Shown here: positions 10,904 through 18,746 of the stretch, in pieces
Position numbering within the stretch: the stretch's first letter is position 1
Layout of the letters: each line of letters starts with the position of its first letter
Translations under genes and position numbers: made by a program
Notes under the pieces: generated by a model
The model's database searches: none
Seen by the model: only the letters and a program-made list of their open reading frames with translations
Told to the model about the DNA's origin: nothing
From: Candidatus Fimimonas sp.
GTDB lineage: Bacteria; Bacillota; Clostridia; Christensenellales; CAG-314
Assembly: GCA_045644945.1 (NCBI GenBank)
Contig: JAZRHU010000037.1
Location: 1 to 53,209, forward strand
DNA: 53,209 nt
Reading direction: 5' to 3'

Positions 10904-10932
10904 ATTATAAAATGCTGACAGCATATTGTCAA
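10904..10932 (-). promoter_or_regulatory. SigA promoter of WYL gene with overlapping operator TGACA-N6-TGTCA (10916-10931)
   Basis: Perfect TTGACA-17-TATAAT; the palindrome covers -35 and spacer. Confidence 0.8.
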
Positions 10933-10968
10933 GGTTTTGCAAAAATAATTCAAAATATTTTTTAATGT

Positions 10969-11001
10969 TGCCATATATATGGCATAGTTATTTGGTAAAA
11001 T
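10969..11001 (+). promoter_or_regulatory. Operator TGCCA-N6-TGGCA plus extended -10 promoter of the 55-aa gene
   Basis: Perfect 16-bp palindrome TGCCATATATATGGCA (10969-10984) over the -35 position; TGgTAAAAT at 10993-11001. Confidence 0.7.
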
Positions 11002-11036
11002 GTAGACATCAAAAACATCAAAGGGAGGCATACCAA

Positions 11037-11204
11037 ATGAAATACGATTGCACAACTGAATTTGACCTTGACATCATCTACCAAAAACTTACAGCGCCAA
11101 GCGCAACACAAATGGTAAAGGCATGCAACTTTTTTGAGCAAGAGGATATGCTTACCATGTTTCAACATCGCCTCGAACGCGAAGCACAACTACTAACCGC
11201 ATAA
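11037..11204 (+). CDS. Small hypothetical protein (55 aa), divergent from WYL regulator
   Basis: GGGAGG RBS 8 nt before ATG; own promoter and terminator; MKYDCTTEFDLDIIYQKL... Confidence 0.75.
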   Translation: MKYDCTTEFDLDIIYQKLTAPSATQMVKACNFFEQEDMLTMFQHRLEREAQLLTA

Positions 11205-11205
11205 C

Positions 11206-11239
11206 AAAAAGCGTACTCAAATTGGGTACGCTTTTTTTT
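11206..11239. terminator. Bidirectional intrinsic terminator
   Basis: AAAAAGCGTACTCAA-a-TTGGGTACGCTTTTTTTT. Confidence 0.85.
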
Positions 11240-11259
11240 GTTTGGATTTTTTGCAATAG

Positions 11260-12339
11260 CTACTTTTTGTTGATTGCACCATTTAGCACCGAAGAAGGGT
11301 AACTTCGGACAAGTTTGCAATCCTGTTGAAAGTCGGCAATAGCCTGCTCAACAAGCAATTTACCAAATTGCGCTTGAGTGTAGATATTGCTCCAAAGGCC
11401 GTAAGCAAGAGAACCGGGGATTGAGTTGATTTCGTTGACATAGATTTTGCCACAGTTTTTGTCTACCAAGTAGTCCACGCGAATCACACCACTAAATCCC
11501 AATTTTTGGTAGATTTGCTGTGTCATTTGTTTTACGGCATTTTGCACATCTAAGTCAATATCCAACGTTGGCTTACACCACTTGCTTTGAGATATGTACT
11601 TATCGTCAAATGTAAGCAAATCGTGGGTGGTTATGGGCATGTCAACATCACTTGTTTGCACCATGTTATTTGCACACATTGCAGAACAATTTACTTCGTA
11701 AAAATTGGTTAGTGCTCTTTCGCAAAGCACATCATTGTCGTAGCAAAATGCCACTTGTAGCGCGTGTTTTAGTTCAACCTTGTTATGGCAAAGGGTTATG
11801 CCTATGCTAGAGCCAAGCTTGTTGGGCTTTACAATAACTGGATAGCCAAGGTTTCCTGTTGAGTAGATGTTCTTCTCAAACTGTTTGCGCGTGATGCGAC
11901 GCCCCATCACTGTGGGCATACCAATTGCTCGCAAGGCATGTTTTGTGGCAATTTTGTCCATTGCAATGGCGCTGGAAAGTAAGCTTGAGCCAATAAGTGG
12001 AATGCCTGTCATTTGGCAAATAGCAGATACTGTGCCATCCTCGCCACAAACACCATGGCAACAATTGACAGCAACATCAATATCGATATACTTTTTGACG
12101 CGCTTGCCTTTGCAAATTGCAATGCGCCTTTCTCCAAAGCAGAAGGAAATTTGCTCGTGAAATGTGTAATTTGTGTGCTTTGAGGGCGTAAAATCGTTTG
12201 GAACGGCAAAGCATCTGTTTTGCTTGTCGAAATACGCACCGATAATATTTCCCCTAAAATACCCCTTTACTAAGCAGGCAGTGATGATGGAAATGTCGTG
12301 CTCGCAACTTTGCCCGCCGTAGATAATCAATATGTTCAT
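11260..12339 (-). CDS. ddl: D-alanine--D-alanine ligase family protein
   Basis: YGGQSCEHDIS, HG..GEDG, MDKIATK, PVIVKP..LGSSIG, TFDDKY, RVDY, NEINSIPGS. Confidence 0.88.
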   Translation of the reverse strand: MNILIIYGGQSCEHDISIITACLVKGYFRGNIIGAYFDKQNRCFAVPNDFTPSKHTNYTFHEQISFCFGERRIAICKGKRVKKYIDIDVAVNCCHGVCGEDGTVSAICQMTGIPLIGSSLLSSAIAMDKIATKHALRAIGMPTVMGRRITRKQFEKNIYSTGNLGYPVIVKPNKLGSSIGITLCHNKVELKHALQVAFCYDNDVLCERALTNFYEVNCSAMCANNMVQTSDVDMPITTHDLLTFDDKYISQSKWCKPTLDIDLDVQNAVKQMTQQIYQKLGFSGVIRVDYLVDKNCGKIYVNEINSIPGSLAYGLWSNIYTQAQFGKLLVEQAIADFQQDCKLVRSYPSSVLNGAINKK

Positions 12340-12348
12340 AAAAATCTC

Positions 12349-13809
12349 CTACAAACTTACAACATCTGGTAAATCGTTTTGAAAAAGCACAATGCAGTTT
12401 GGCTTTGTGTAGCGTTGCAATAGCTTTGTACCTTCGGCAAGATTTTTGGCGTGCACAACTTTGCACTTACAGTTACTTGCACCACTTGAAATGTGTTTAG
12501 CATACTTGCCAATGGCAATGACAACATCGAAGTGTATTCCTAGCATTTGACCACAACGCTCGTTAAGTGTCCGCTGAAGTTTGCCACCCTCAACGATGCC
12601 TTGTGTTAGCACTATTTTGTAATTGTCGAAGCATGAAAGTGTTTGACAACAGTTGGAAATCCCCTTGATATTTGCATTGTAGGCATCGTCAATGATATAA
12701 AAATTGCCATTGTGCAATATTTGCATGCGATGGGGAGTTTGCTTGACTTTTTTGCAGTTTTGCGACGTCAAATTTACATCTTGCCCCAACAAATTGCACA
12801 TATCAAAGCACATCAAAAAGGTATCGACAATGTAGTTAGATATCTGTGGTAAACAAATATTGTACAGTTTACCATTGTGCTTGATATCAAACTGGGTGCC
12901 TTGCAATGTTGTTTGCCGGCCAGATACCATGCTTTTGTCTGTTACCTTTTTGCGACAAACACCTATTTGCGCAAGTGTTTGCACAATGCTATCCCCACCA
13001 TTTAGCACACAAAAGCCGTTTGCGGGCAAATTTTGCACCAGTTCGCCTTTGGTTTTGACGATGTTACCCAGCGTTTTGAAAGTGGACAAATGTTGCTCGC
13101 AAATGCCCGTTACAATGCCATATTTGGGTTGGAAAAGCTTGCAAAGTTGCCCGATATCACCAACATTGCGCGCGCCAAACTCCAAAATTAGGTACTTGTA
13201 CGTTGTTAGATCCGTTTGGTTTACAAACTTTGCAATGCCAAGTGGTGTGTTGCAACTACCATTGGGTGCAATGGAGCAATCCAACAACGTTGCAAGCATA
13301 TCCTTGGTGCATGTTTTGCCGTAACTACCTGTGATGGCAACAACAGTAACTTCGCTTTGTGACAGTTTTTTGACTGCCTTTTTGAGATAGTAGTTTGCTA
13401 TGATGGCATCAACTGGCAAGCAAATCATCCAAGATATTACCGCAACAAGAGGCAACGGCACAACAACGTAGCAACTGCCTACAAACTGACACAATACAAA
13501 TGTCAGCACAAACTGCACAACAATCATCCGCACAATGCGCTTGGTAAACTTTAGCGGACACTTGCGTTTTTTGAGAAAGCTTGTGGCCGTTGCAATACCC
13601 AATACAACAGTCACGTACCCTTGGTTCCACAATAAGTGACACAAAATAGCCAAAACTTGCGCAAAAACTAGCACCAAAAAGTAGCCACTTGCAAAAATTT
13701 TGAAGTAGCCACGTTGCGGTTTGTAAGAGCAGGATTGCAAAATACGAAAACTCTCTAACGAAAGCGCCGTTAGCAATAATGCTTCTAAAATATTGCAAAT
13801 CAGCATCAA
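12349..13809 (-). CDS. murF: MurF-type Mur ligase with N-terminal membrane segments
   Basis: Hydrophobic N-terminus then AITGSYGKT, NTPLG, EFGAR, QHL.TF, HRMQ, IIDDAYNAN, NDLPD. Confidence 0.82.
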   Translation of the reverse strand: MMLICNILEALLLTALSLESFRILQSCSYKPQRGYFKIFASGYFLVLVFAQVLAILCHLLWNQGYVTVVLGIATATSFLKKRKCPLKFTKRIVRMIVVQFVLTFVLCQFVGSCYVVVPLPLVAVISWMICLPVDAIIANYYLKKAVKKLSQSEVTVVAITGSYGKTCTKDMLATLLDCSIAPNGSCNTPLGIAKFVNQTDLTTYKYLILEFGARNVGDIGQLCKLFQPKYGIVTGICEQHLSTFKTLGNIVKTKGELVQNLPANGFCVLNGGDSIVQTLAQIGVCRKKVTDKSMVSGRQTTLQGTQFDIKHNGKLYNICLPQISNYIVDTFLMCFDMCNLLGQDVNLTSQNCKKVKQTPHRMQILHNGNFYIIDDAYNANIKGISNCCQTLSCFDNYKIVLTQGIVEGGKLQRTLNERCGQMLGIHFDVVIAIGKYAKHISSGASNCKCKVVHAKNLAEGTKLLQRYTKPNCIVLFQNDLPDVVSL

Positions 13810-14510
13810 GATTCCTCGAATAACTTTATCGTTTGGGCAAATGCTTGCGGGCAGTTGAAAAATGCAAAGTGTCCACCATCAATCTCCACTAAACTGCTTG
13901 ATTTGATTAGTTTTTGCAAGCTTTTTGCATGTTTTAGAGGAGTTTGAGTATCAGCATTGCCATTTACAATTAGTGTTGGGCATGTGATTTTCTTTGCAAA
14001 AGCGGACAAATCTTGATTGATAACCTTCACAAAGGTGTTTTTGATGCCGTTTTCGCAAGCGTTGTAGTCGGCACTTCCGTAGTGAGCTGTGATGTTTTGG
14101 CAAAGACCCATTTTGCACAAAAACTTGTGGATTTTGTACTTTGCAACCTTACACCAACGTTTTAGTGATGGCTTGCGCAGTCCTGCAGGGGCAACGAGCA
14201 AAAGTTTGCAAACCCGATTGGGATGTAACGATGCAAGCACCATTGCCACCCTACAACCAAAACTGTGGGCAACAATTGTTACTTTTTGCAAATTTTGCTC
14301 ATCCAAAAAGCGCAAAAGATCCTTTGCGTAGTCCAAAACTGTCCAACCTTCGATTGGCGGATTGTCACTTTTGCCAAAGCCTGCAAAATCTACCAAATAG
14401 TTGGCATAATTAGGCAACCATTGCACCACAGGTTGAAAAATGTCACCATCACAGCCCCATCCGTGGAGAAACAAAATGGGATTGCCATCTCCAAGTTTTT
14501 GAAAATACAT
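13806..14510 (-). CDS. Alpha/beta hydrolase (esterase), first gene of hydrolase-murF-ddl operon
   Basis: LHGWG, DFAGFGKS, AHSFGCRVA, D.QTP, GHFAF; ATG 14510 with AGGGAAG RBS; overlaps murF start. Confidence 0.88.
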   Translation of the reverse strand: MYFQKLGDGNPILFLHGWGCDGDIFQPVVQWLPNYANYLVDFAGFGKSDNPPIEGWTVLDYAKDLLRFLDEQNLQKVTIVAHSFGCRVAMVLASLHPNRVCKLLLVAPAGLRKPSLKRWCKVAKYKIHKFLCKMGLCQNITAHYGSADYNACENGIKNTFVKVINQDLSAFAKKITCPTLIVNGNADTQTPLKHAKSLQKLIKSSSLVEIDGGHFAFFNCPQAFAQTIKLFEES

Positions 14511-14528
14511 ACACTTCCCTTGCAAAGT

Positions 14529-14558
14529 AGTTTATGAAGGCGTTTTCCGTTTTGTGAC
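14529..14558 (-). promoter_or_regulatory. Candidate SigE/SigK-type promoter of hydrolase-murF-ddl
   Basis: GTCACAAA-14 nt-CATAAACT; -10 octamer identical to that of murG. Confidence 0.55.
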
Positions 14559-14584
14559 AATATGGAAAAATTTGTAAAAAATGC

Positions 14585-14622
14585 AAAAAAATACCGCCAA
14601 GGATATACCTTTGGCGGGTTTT
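14585..14622 (-). terminator. Intrinsic terminator of tsaE-tsaB-rimI
   Basis: CCGCCAA...TTGGCGG stem with T tract on the minus strand. Confidence 0.8.
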
Positions 14623-14663
14623 ATATTTTGAACAATAACAGTTAAATTAATACCGATACAATT

Positions 14664-15116
14664 TTACACCAAGCTTTTTGTCATCGTGTAGGCGTCACGA
14701 GAGTTGTAGCGTGTACGGCGGTAGAAGTTTTTGCGGATACCAGCTACCTCGAAACCGCACTTTTTGTACAATTCCACAGCGGGAGTGTTCTCGGTGTTAA
14801 CTTCCAACTCGCAAATTTGACAGCCCTTTTCCGCAGACAAACGAAGCATTTCTTCAATCAGTTGCTTTGCAATGCCTTGACGGCGGTATTCCGGCAAAAC
14901 TGCAACGTTGCACACTTGTGCTTCCTCGTACATGGCACGAACACATGTGTAGCCAACAAGTTTATCATCTTGATAGTAACCAATAAGATACGAATATTCG
15001 TTCATAAACTCGCCACGAAGGTTGTTTACAGTCCAAGCATCCTTGGCAAAACATGCTTCCTCGATATCGGCAAGGTCAAAAACGTTTTTCATGTTGTATT
15101 CAAGTAGTTTTATCAT
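14664..15116 (-). CDS. rimI: Ribosomal-protein-alanine N-acetyltransferase
   Basis: NVAVLPEYRRQGIA, LEV..EN.PA..LY.K.GF...G.RKNFY; follows tsaB. Confidence 0.9.
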   Translation of the reverse strand: MIKLLEYNMKNVFDLADIEEACFAKDAWTVNNLRGEFMNEYSYLIGYYQDDKLVGYTCVRAMYEEAQVCNVAVLPEYRRQGIAKQLIEEMLRLSAEKGCQICELEVNTENTPAVELYKKCGFEVAGIRKNFYRRTRYNSRDAYTMTKSLV

Positions 15117-15133
15117 AGTAAGACGTCCTTTAT

Positions 15134-15703
15134 TTAGGATTTTTTGAGTTCTTCCGCTTGACTTTTGCGGATGTAAAGTGGCTCGAGAGTTTGGTCGAAA
15201 TTGCCACTTTCAAATTGTTGTTTGGCAAGTGCTACAAGACCATCAAAGTAGTCGGTTGCATTTGCGCCTTTGCCAGCAAGCTCCGCACGACCATCGTCAT
15301 AGGAAATCAAGCATGGAGCAACATTGTTGTTGTAGTCGGCAAAGTAGTAGCCATTGCCTGCATCAATGATTGCGCTACCCTTGGCGCCACAGCTATTGGA
15401 AAGAGCAATGGCTTGCAATGTGTTTAATGCCAAGAGCTTTTTGGGACAGGCAAAGTTGTAGCCCTTTACTGTGGAAACGCCAATGCGAATACCTGTGAAA
15501 CTTCCTGGGCCGATGGAACAAGCATAAGCATCGATATCCGCCAAGGCAATTTGTGCCGTTTTCAAAAGTTCTTCCACAGTTACGCAAAGATTTTCGCTGT
15601 GGCGAGTGCCCAGTTGTGGCTTTGTACAATTGACAATTTTGTCATCATCAATCAAGGCCACCACCAAATCTTTTGTAGTTGTGTCAATTAGTAAAATTTT
15701 CAT
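15134..15703 (-). CDS. tsaB: t6A biosynthesis protein TsaB
   Basis: ILLIDTT, HSENL, GPGSFTGIRIG, EPLYIR. Confidence 0.93.
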   Translation of the reverse strand: MKILLIDTTTKDLVVALIDDDKIVNCTKPQLGTRHSENLCVTVEELLKTAQIALADIDAYACSIGPGSFTGIRIGVSTVKGYNFACPKKLLALNTLQAIALSNSCGAKGSAIIDAGNGYYFADYNNNVAPCLISYDDGRAELAGKGANATDYFDGLVALAKQQFESGNFDQTLEPLYIRKSQAEELKKS

Positions 15704-16128
15704 AGATACCTTTGTATAGTTATTTGACGAGAGTTTTCGTCAAGCTTTTCGATAGTTACGACAATGCAATCACGTGGCAAAAGCTCAGCGATATTTTCGC
15801 TCCACTCGATGCAAGAAACGGAGTCCTTTTCGCCAAAAAACTCGTTTAGGCCCAACATTTCTGCCTCTTCGGGGTCCATGATGCGGTAAAAATCGAAGTG
15901 ATTGAGAACAAGGCGTCCACCTTGGTATTGGTTGTGCAAAGCAAATGTGGGGCTTGTGATGACATCATCGATACCAAGTCCCTTTGCAACACCCTTGACA
16001 AAGTGTGTTTTGCCTGCGCCAAGGTCGCCGTTTAACAAAATGGTCTCCCCGCCAATAAGCGTAGTGGAAAATTGTTCGGCAAAATCTTGCGTTTGTTGTG
16101 CAGTTGTTGTGATTACTTGTGGTTTCAT
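15700..16128 (-). CDS. tsaE: t6A biosynthesis ATPase TsaE
   Basis: GDLGAGKT, SPTF, HFDFYRI, IEW. Confidence 0.95.
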   Translation of the reverse strand: MKPQVITTTAQQTQDFAEQFSTTLIGGETILLNGDLGAGKTHFVKGVAKGLGIDDVITSPTFALHNQYQGGRLVLNHFDFYRIMDPEEAEMLGLNEFFGEKDSVSCIEWSENIAELLPRDCIVVTIEKLDENSRQITIQRYL

Positions 16129-16134
16129 AGGTCA

Positions 16135-16163
16135 ATTATACATCAAATAAACAAAAAACTCAA
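16135..16163 (-). promoter_or_regulatory. SigA promoter, leaderless tsaE
   Basis: TTGAGT-17-TATAAT ending 6 nt before ATG; no SD. Confidence 0.6.
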
Positions 16164-16175
16164 CCATTACAACAC

Positions 16176-16204
16176 AAAAGGGCAACTATTTTGTAAGTTG
16201 CCCC
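16176..16204 (-). terminator. Intrinsic terminator after ribU
   Basis: GGGCAACT...AGTTGCCC followed by TTTTG on the minus strand. Confidence 0.7.
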
Positions 16205-16291
16205 GATGATTGAACGATATTGAAGATTTTGTTGGCAAATTTGCTTGCAGGCGTTTGTGTTAACCAGCAACAAACACACTACTTGCAACAA

Positions 16292-16978
16292 TTAGTCGTT
16301 GGGTTGATTTTTGCTTTTGATTTCCCAATGCAATGCCTTGGAAAGTGGCTTGTACGTTAGGTAGGATACTACCGCACAAATAACACATCTAAGCAAGTTG
16401 AAGGGCAAGACGCCAATTGGGATGTAGAATGCATAAAAGTTTTCTGTAGTGACACCGCTGTACAAAGCAGATACGGCATTTACGATGATTTGCATACCAG
16501 CTTCCGCATTGCCATTACCAAATTGATTAGCATAGAACGGAATCAAAATAAGCCAGTTGCACAATGCGCTGAAAGCAAGAGCACTAACTGTGCCAACCGT
16601 CATACCAATGATGGCATTTTTGCGCCCTTTGGAGATGTGGTAAATCAATGTGGCGGGCAAAACAAATGCAATACCTACAAGGATATCAGCACATTCGCCA
16701 ACACAAGCTGTGGAAGTAAAAGGCATCTTCAAAAGACACTTTACTACAACGATAATCACGCTTGCAAGTGGATTGATGGCAAAACCGCCAAGCAACGCTG
16801 GCAAATCGGAAATTTGAATGTCCAACCATGGTGGGAAAAATGGCAATGGGAACTTAACAAACATGTACAAGATGTAGGATATTGCTGTCAATACGGCCAT
16901 AACCGCCATGTTACCTGTTGTAAAAAGGTTCGACTTAGCCTTAGCTTGAGTGTTTTGTGTTGTAAGTTGTTCGCTCAT
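16292..16978 (-). CDS. ribU: ECF transporter S component, riboflavin (RibU)
   Basis: FPLPFFPPWL.IQISDLPALLGGF, multiple TM segments, LPFNL; downstream of FMN riboswitch; GAAGGAG RBS. Confidence 0.9.
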   Translation of the reverse strand: MSEQLTTQNTQAKAKSNLFTTGNMAVMAVLTAISYILYMFVKFPLPFFPPWLDIQISDLPALLGGFAINPLASVIIVVVKCLLKMPFTSTACVGECADILVGIAFVLPATLIYHISKGRKNAIIGMTVGTVSALAFSALCNWLILIPFYANQFGNGNAEAGMQIIVNAVSALYSGVTTENFYAFYIPIGVLPFNLLRCVICAVVSYLTYKPLSKALHWEIKSKNQPND

Positions 16979-17002
16979 AATTACTCCTTCTCTTTGGAAA
17001 GC

Positions 17003-17027
17003 AAAAACCCTTGGAATACTCCAAGGG
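17003..17027 (-). terminator. Riboswitch-controlled terminator (expression platform)
   Basis: CCCTTGGA-gtat-TCCAAGGG-TTTTT between aptamer and ribU RBS. Confidence 0.85.
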
Positions 17028-17051
17028 CGTAAAATGTCGCAAATATTCGAC

Positions 17052-17171
17052 AAATTCTTTTCTCATCCGGACTATACCGTCGGTGCAGGAATTTCACCCG
17101 CTCGGCAACCCAAAGGGTTGTTCATAGACTATAACTATCGGTGTGGAATTACACCACGCCCCAAAGAATTT
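17052..17171 (-). ncRNA. FMN riboswitch (RFN element)
   Basis: Minus strand TCTTTGGGGCGTGGTGTAATTCCACACCG...GGTGAAATTCC..CACCGACGGTATAGTCCGGATGAGAAAAGA matches the RFN consensus. Confidence 0.95.
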
Positions 17172-17187
17172 ATTTTGTTGTGATTGT

Positions 17188-17216
17188 ATTGTACTACTAC
17201 CTTGCAAATATGTCAA
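17188..17216 (-). promoter_or_regulatory. SigA promoter of FMN riboswitch-ribU
   Basis: TTGACA-17-TACAAT. Confidence 0.85.
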
Positions 17217-17322
17217 TAGTTTTGCAAAAATTAGCAAATAAATTTATTGCAAATTGAATTTTTCGCGGACACGTGGTGTGTTTTTGAGAATAATCCATCA
17301 TTAGATTGCCCAGCGAACAAGC

Positions 17323-17351
17323 AAAAAACCGCCTGATTTTGGGCGGTTTTT
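17323..17351 (-). terminator. Intrinsic terminator
   Basis: AAAAACCGCC...GGCGGTTTTT. Confidence 0.8.
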
Positions 17352-17397
17352 GTTGTTAGATTTTGTTGGAAATTTACCTAACAGTGTACTTACAAAA

Positions 17398-18681
17398 TCA
17401 ATGCGCTGTGTACTCGTGTTGTTTAACGATGTTGCCATCGTTAAGGCTTTGATGGTTTACGTCGTACATGTAGATTTGACCGTAGTCTGCACTACTTGTG
17501 TTAACGTTGATTTCAATCATGGATACACCCTTGCCAAGTTTGTTACCATTTTCATCTTGCCACAAATCAAGGTACATTGACGCACCTTCGAAACCCCAAA
17601 ACTTGGCAACGATCTTTTCCAAAAATGGATGCTCTCCTTCGCTTTGGAAGAAAGGATATGTATGGTAGCCACAACTTCTGCCGTAGGCCATAAAGATGCC
17701 ATCATCTGTCAAACCGCGCAATGTGTTTACGTGGTCGTGACCAACAAATACGCCCTTTGTTGAGCCAAGTGCAACCATCATATCATTCATAGCTTGACCA
17801 CATTCGCCACCTTGGAAAGCAATACCTGGCAGTATTTCGCCATGCCAATCTCTGTCCAACTCTTGAATGGAACCCGCTTTGTTAGGGTCGTTTAGCACTT
17901 CGAGATGAGTTTTGAATGGAATGTGCATAAACAAAGAACTTTGCACCTTTGCATTTTTACTTTGCAATCCTTGGATAACCCATTTGTACCAATTTGCTTG
18001 ATCTTGCTCAATTTCGCCATACTCGCGATTGAAAACATCAGTTTGGCCCTCTTGGTACATGTTGCTGTCCATCATGCACAAAGAGTAGACAAGGTTACCG
18101 CTTGTATCCTTGACATTTACAAAGTAGTTGCTCTCGCCAAGAATATTTGATGGGCCACCATCAAACAAACAATATTTGTATTTGGAAAGCAATTCTGCAT
18201 GACGATACTTGGAAAATGTTGTCTCTGAGTCGTGATTGCCATAGGCAAACGCCCAGTAAACTTGCTTTTTCTCCATAAAATCAGCAAAATGCTTTACTGC
18301 GCCCTTTGCAAAGATACTAAACGTCAAGTCGCCTGTGACAACTGCAATGTCCGGCTTGAGTTGATCGATGGCTTTGTCGAGCAAATCCATTGTTTTTGTA
18401 TCGTGTGTCCAACTACCAAATTTTAGTTGAGGGTCGGCAATTTGCATGATGCGAAGAGGTCTTGAGCCATCAAATGCAATTGGCAATGTGAGCATGCTTT
18501 GGTAGTAGTTATCAAAGTTTTCCGTTTGAGACCAAGTTGTGCCGTTGCCGTAGTAGTTTTCCTTTGGGGAGTAGGTGCCTGCTTCAACCCATACCAATAC
18601 GCTTATGACGATGAGCGCAACGACAGCCAATGCTATCAGTCCGCGTTTTTTGTTGCGTTTTTTGTTTTTAGCTTTTGCCAT
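17398..18681 (-). CDS. Membrane-anchored calcineurin-like metallophosphoesterase (Dcr2/PAP-like)
   Basis: Basic N-terminus plus one TM; IADPQL, VTGD, YGNHD, FMHIP, FVGHDH. Confidence 0.85.
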   Translation of the reverse strand: MAKAKNKKRNKKRGLIALAVVALIVISVLVWVEAGTYSPKENYYGNGTTWSQTENFDNYYQSMLTLPIAFDGSRPLRIMQIADPQLKFGSWTHDTKTMDLLDKAIDQLKPDIAVVTGDLTFSIFAKGAVKHFADFMEKKQVYWAFAYGNHDSETTFSKYRHAELLSKYKYCLFDGGPSNILGESNYFVNVKDTSGNLVYSLCMMDSNMYQEGQTDVFNREYGEIEQDQANWYKWVIQGLQSKNAKVQSSLFMHIPFKTHLEVLNDPNKAGSIQELDRDWHGEILPGIAFQGGECGQAMNDMMVALGSTKGVFVGHDHVNTLRGLTDDGIFMAYGRSCGYHTYPFFQSEGEHPFLEKIVAKFWGFEGASMYLDLWQDENGNKLGKGVSMIEINVNTSSADYGQIYMYDVNHQSLNDGNIVKQHEYTAH

Positions 18682-18695
18682 AGTTTACCTCGTGT

Positions 18696-18727
18696 GCAAA
18701 AATGAGCAAAGTTGCCCTTGCTCATTT
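18696..18727 (-). terminator. Hairpin/terminator between deoC and phosphoesterase gene
   Basis: AAATGAGCAA-8 nt-TTGCTCATTT, ending in a T run on the minus strand. Confidence 0.55.
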
Positions 18728-18746
18728 AGTAGTGTTTGTTTTGTTG

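Noticed and set aside
10850-10942. Longer upstream starts in the ORF track (WYL 10942, also 8231, 17053, 23308, 34636, 34755, 50330, 51033)
   Set aside because: They run through promoters, riboswitch or leader sequences; the downstream ATGs have proper RBSs and match family N-termini.
17052-17171. Possible altered-specificity FMN riboswitch variant
   Set aside because: The deviations from consensus appear compensatory within stems, and the downstream gene is RibU-like, so it is an ordinary FMN switch.
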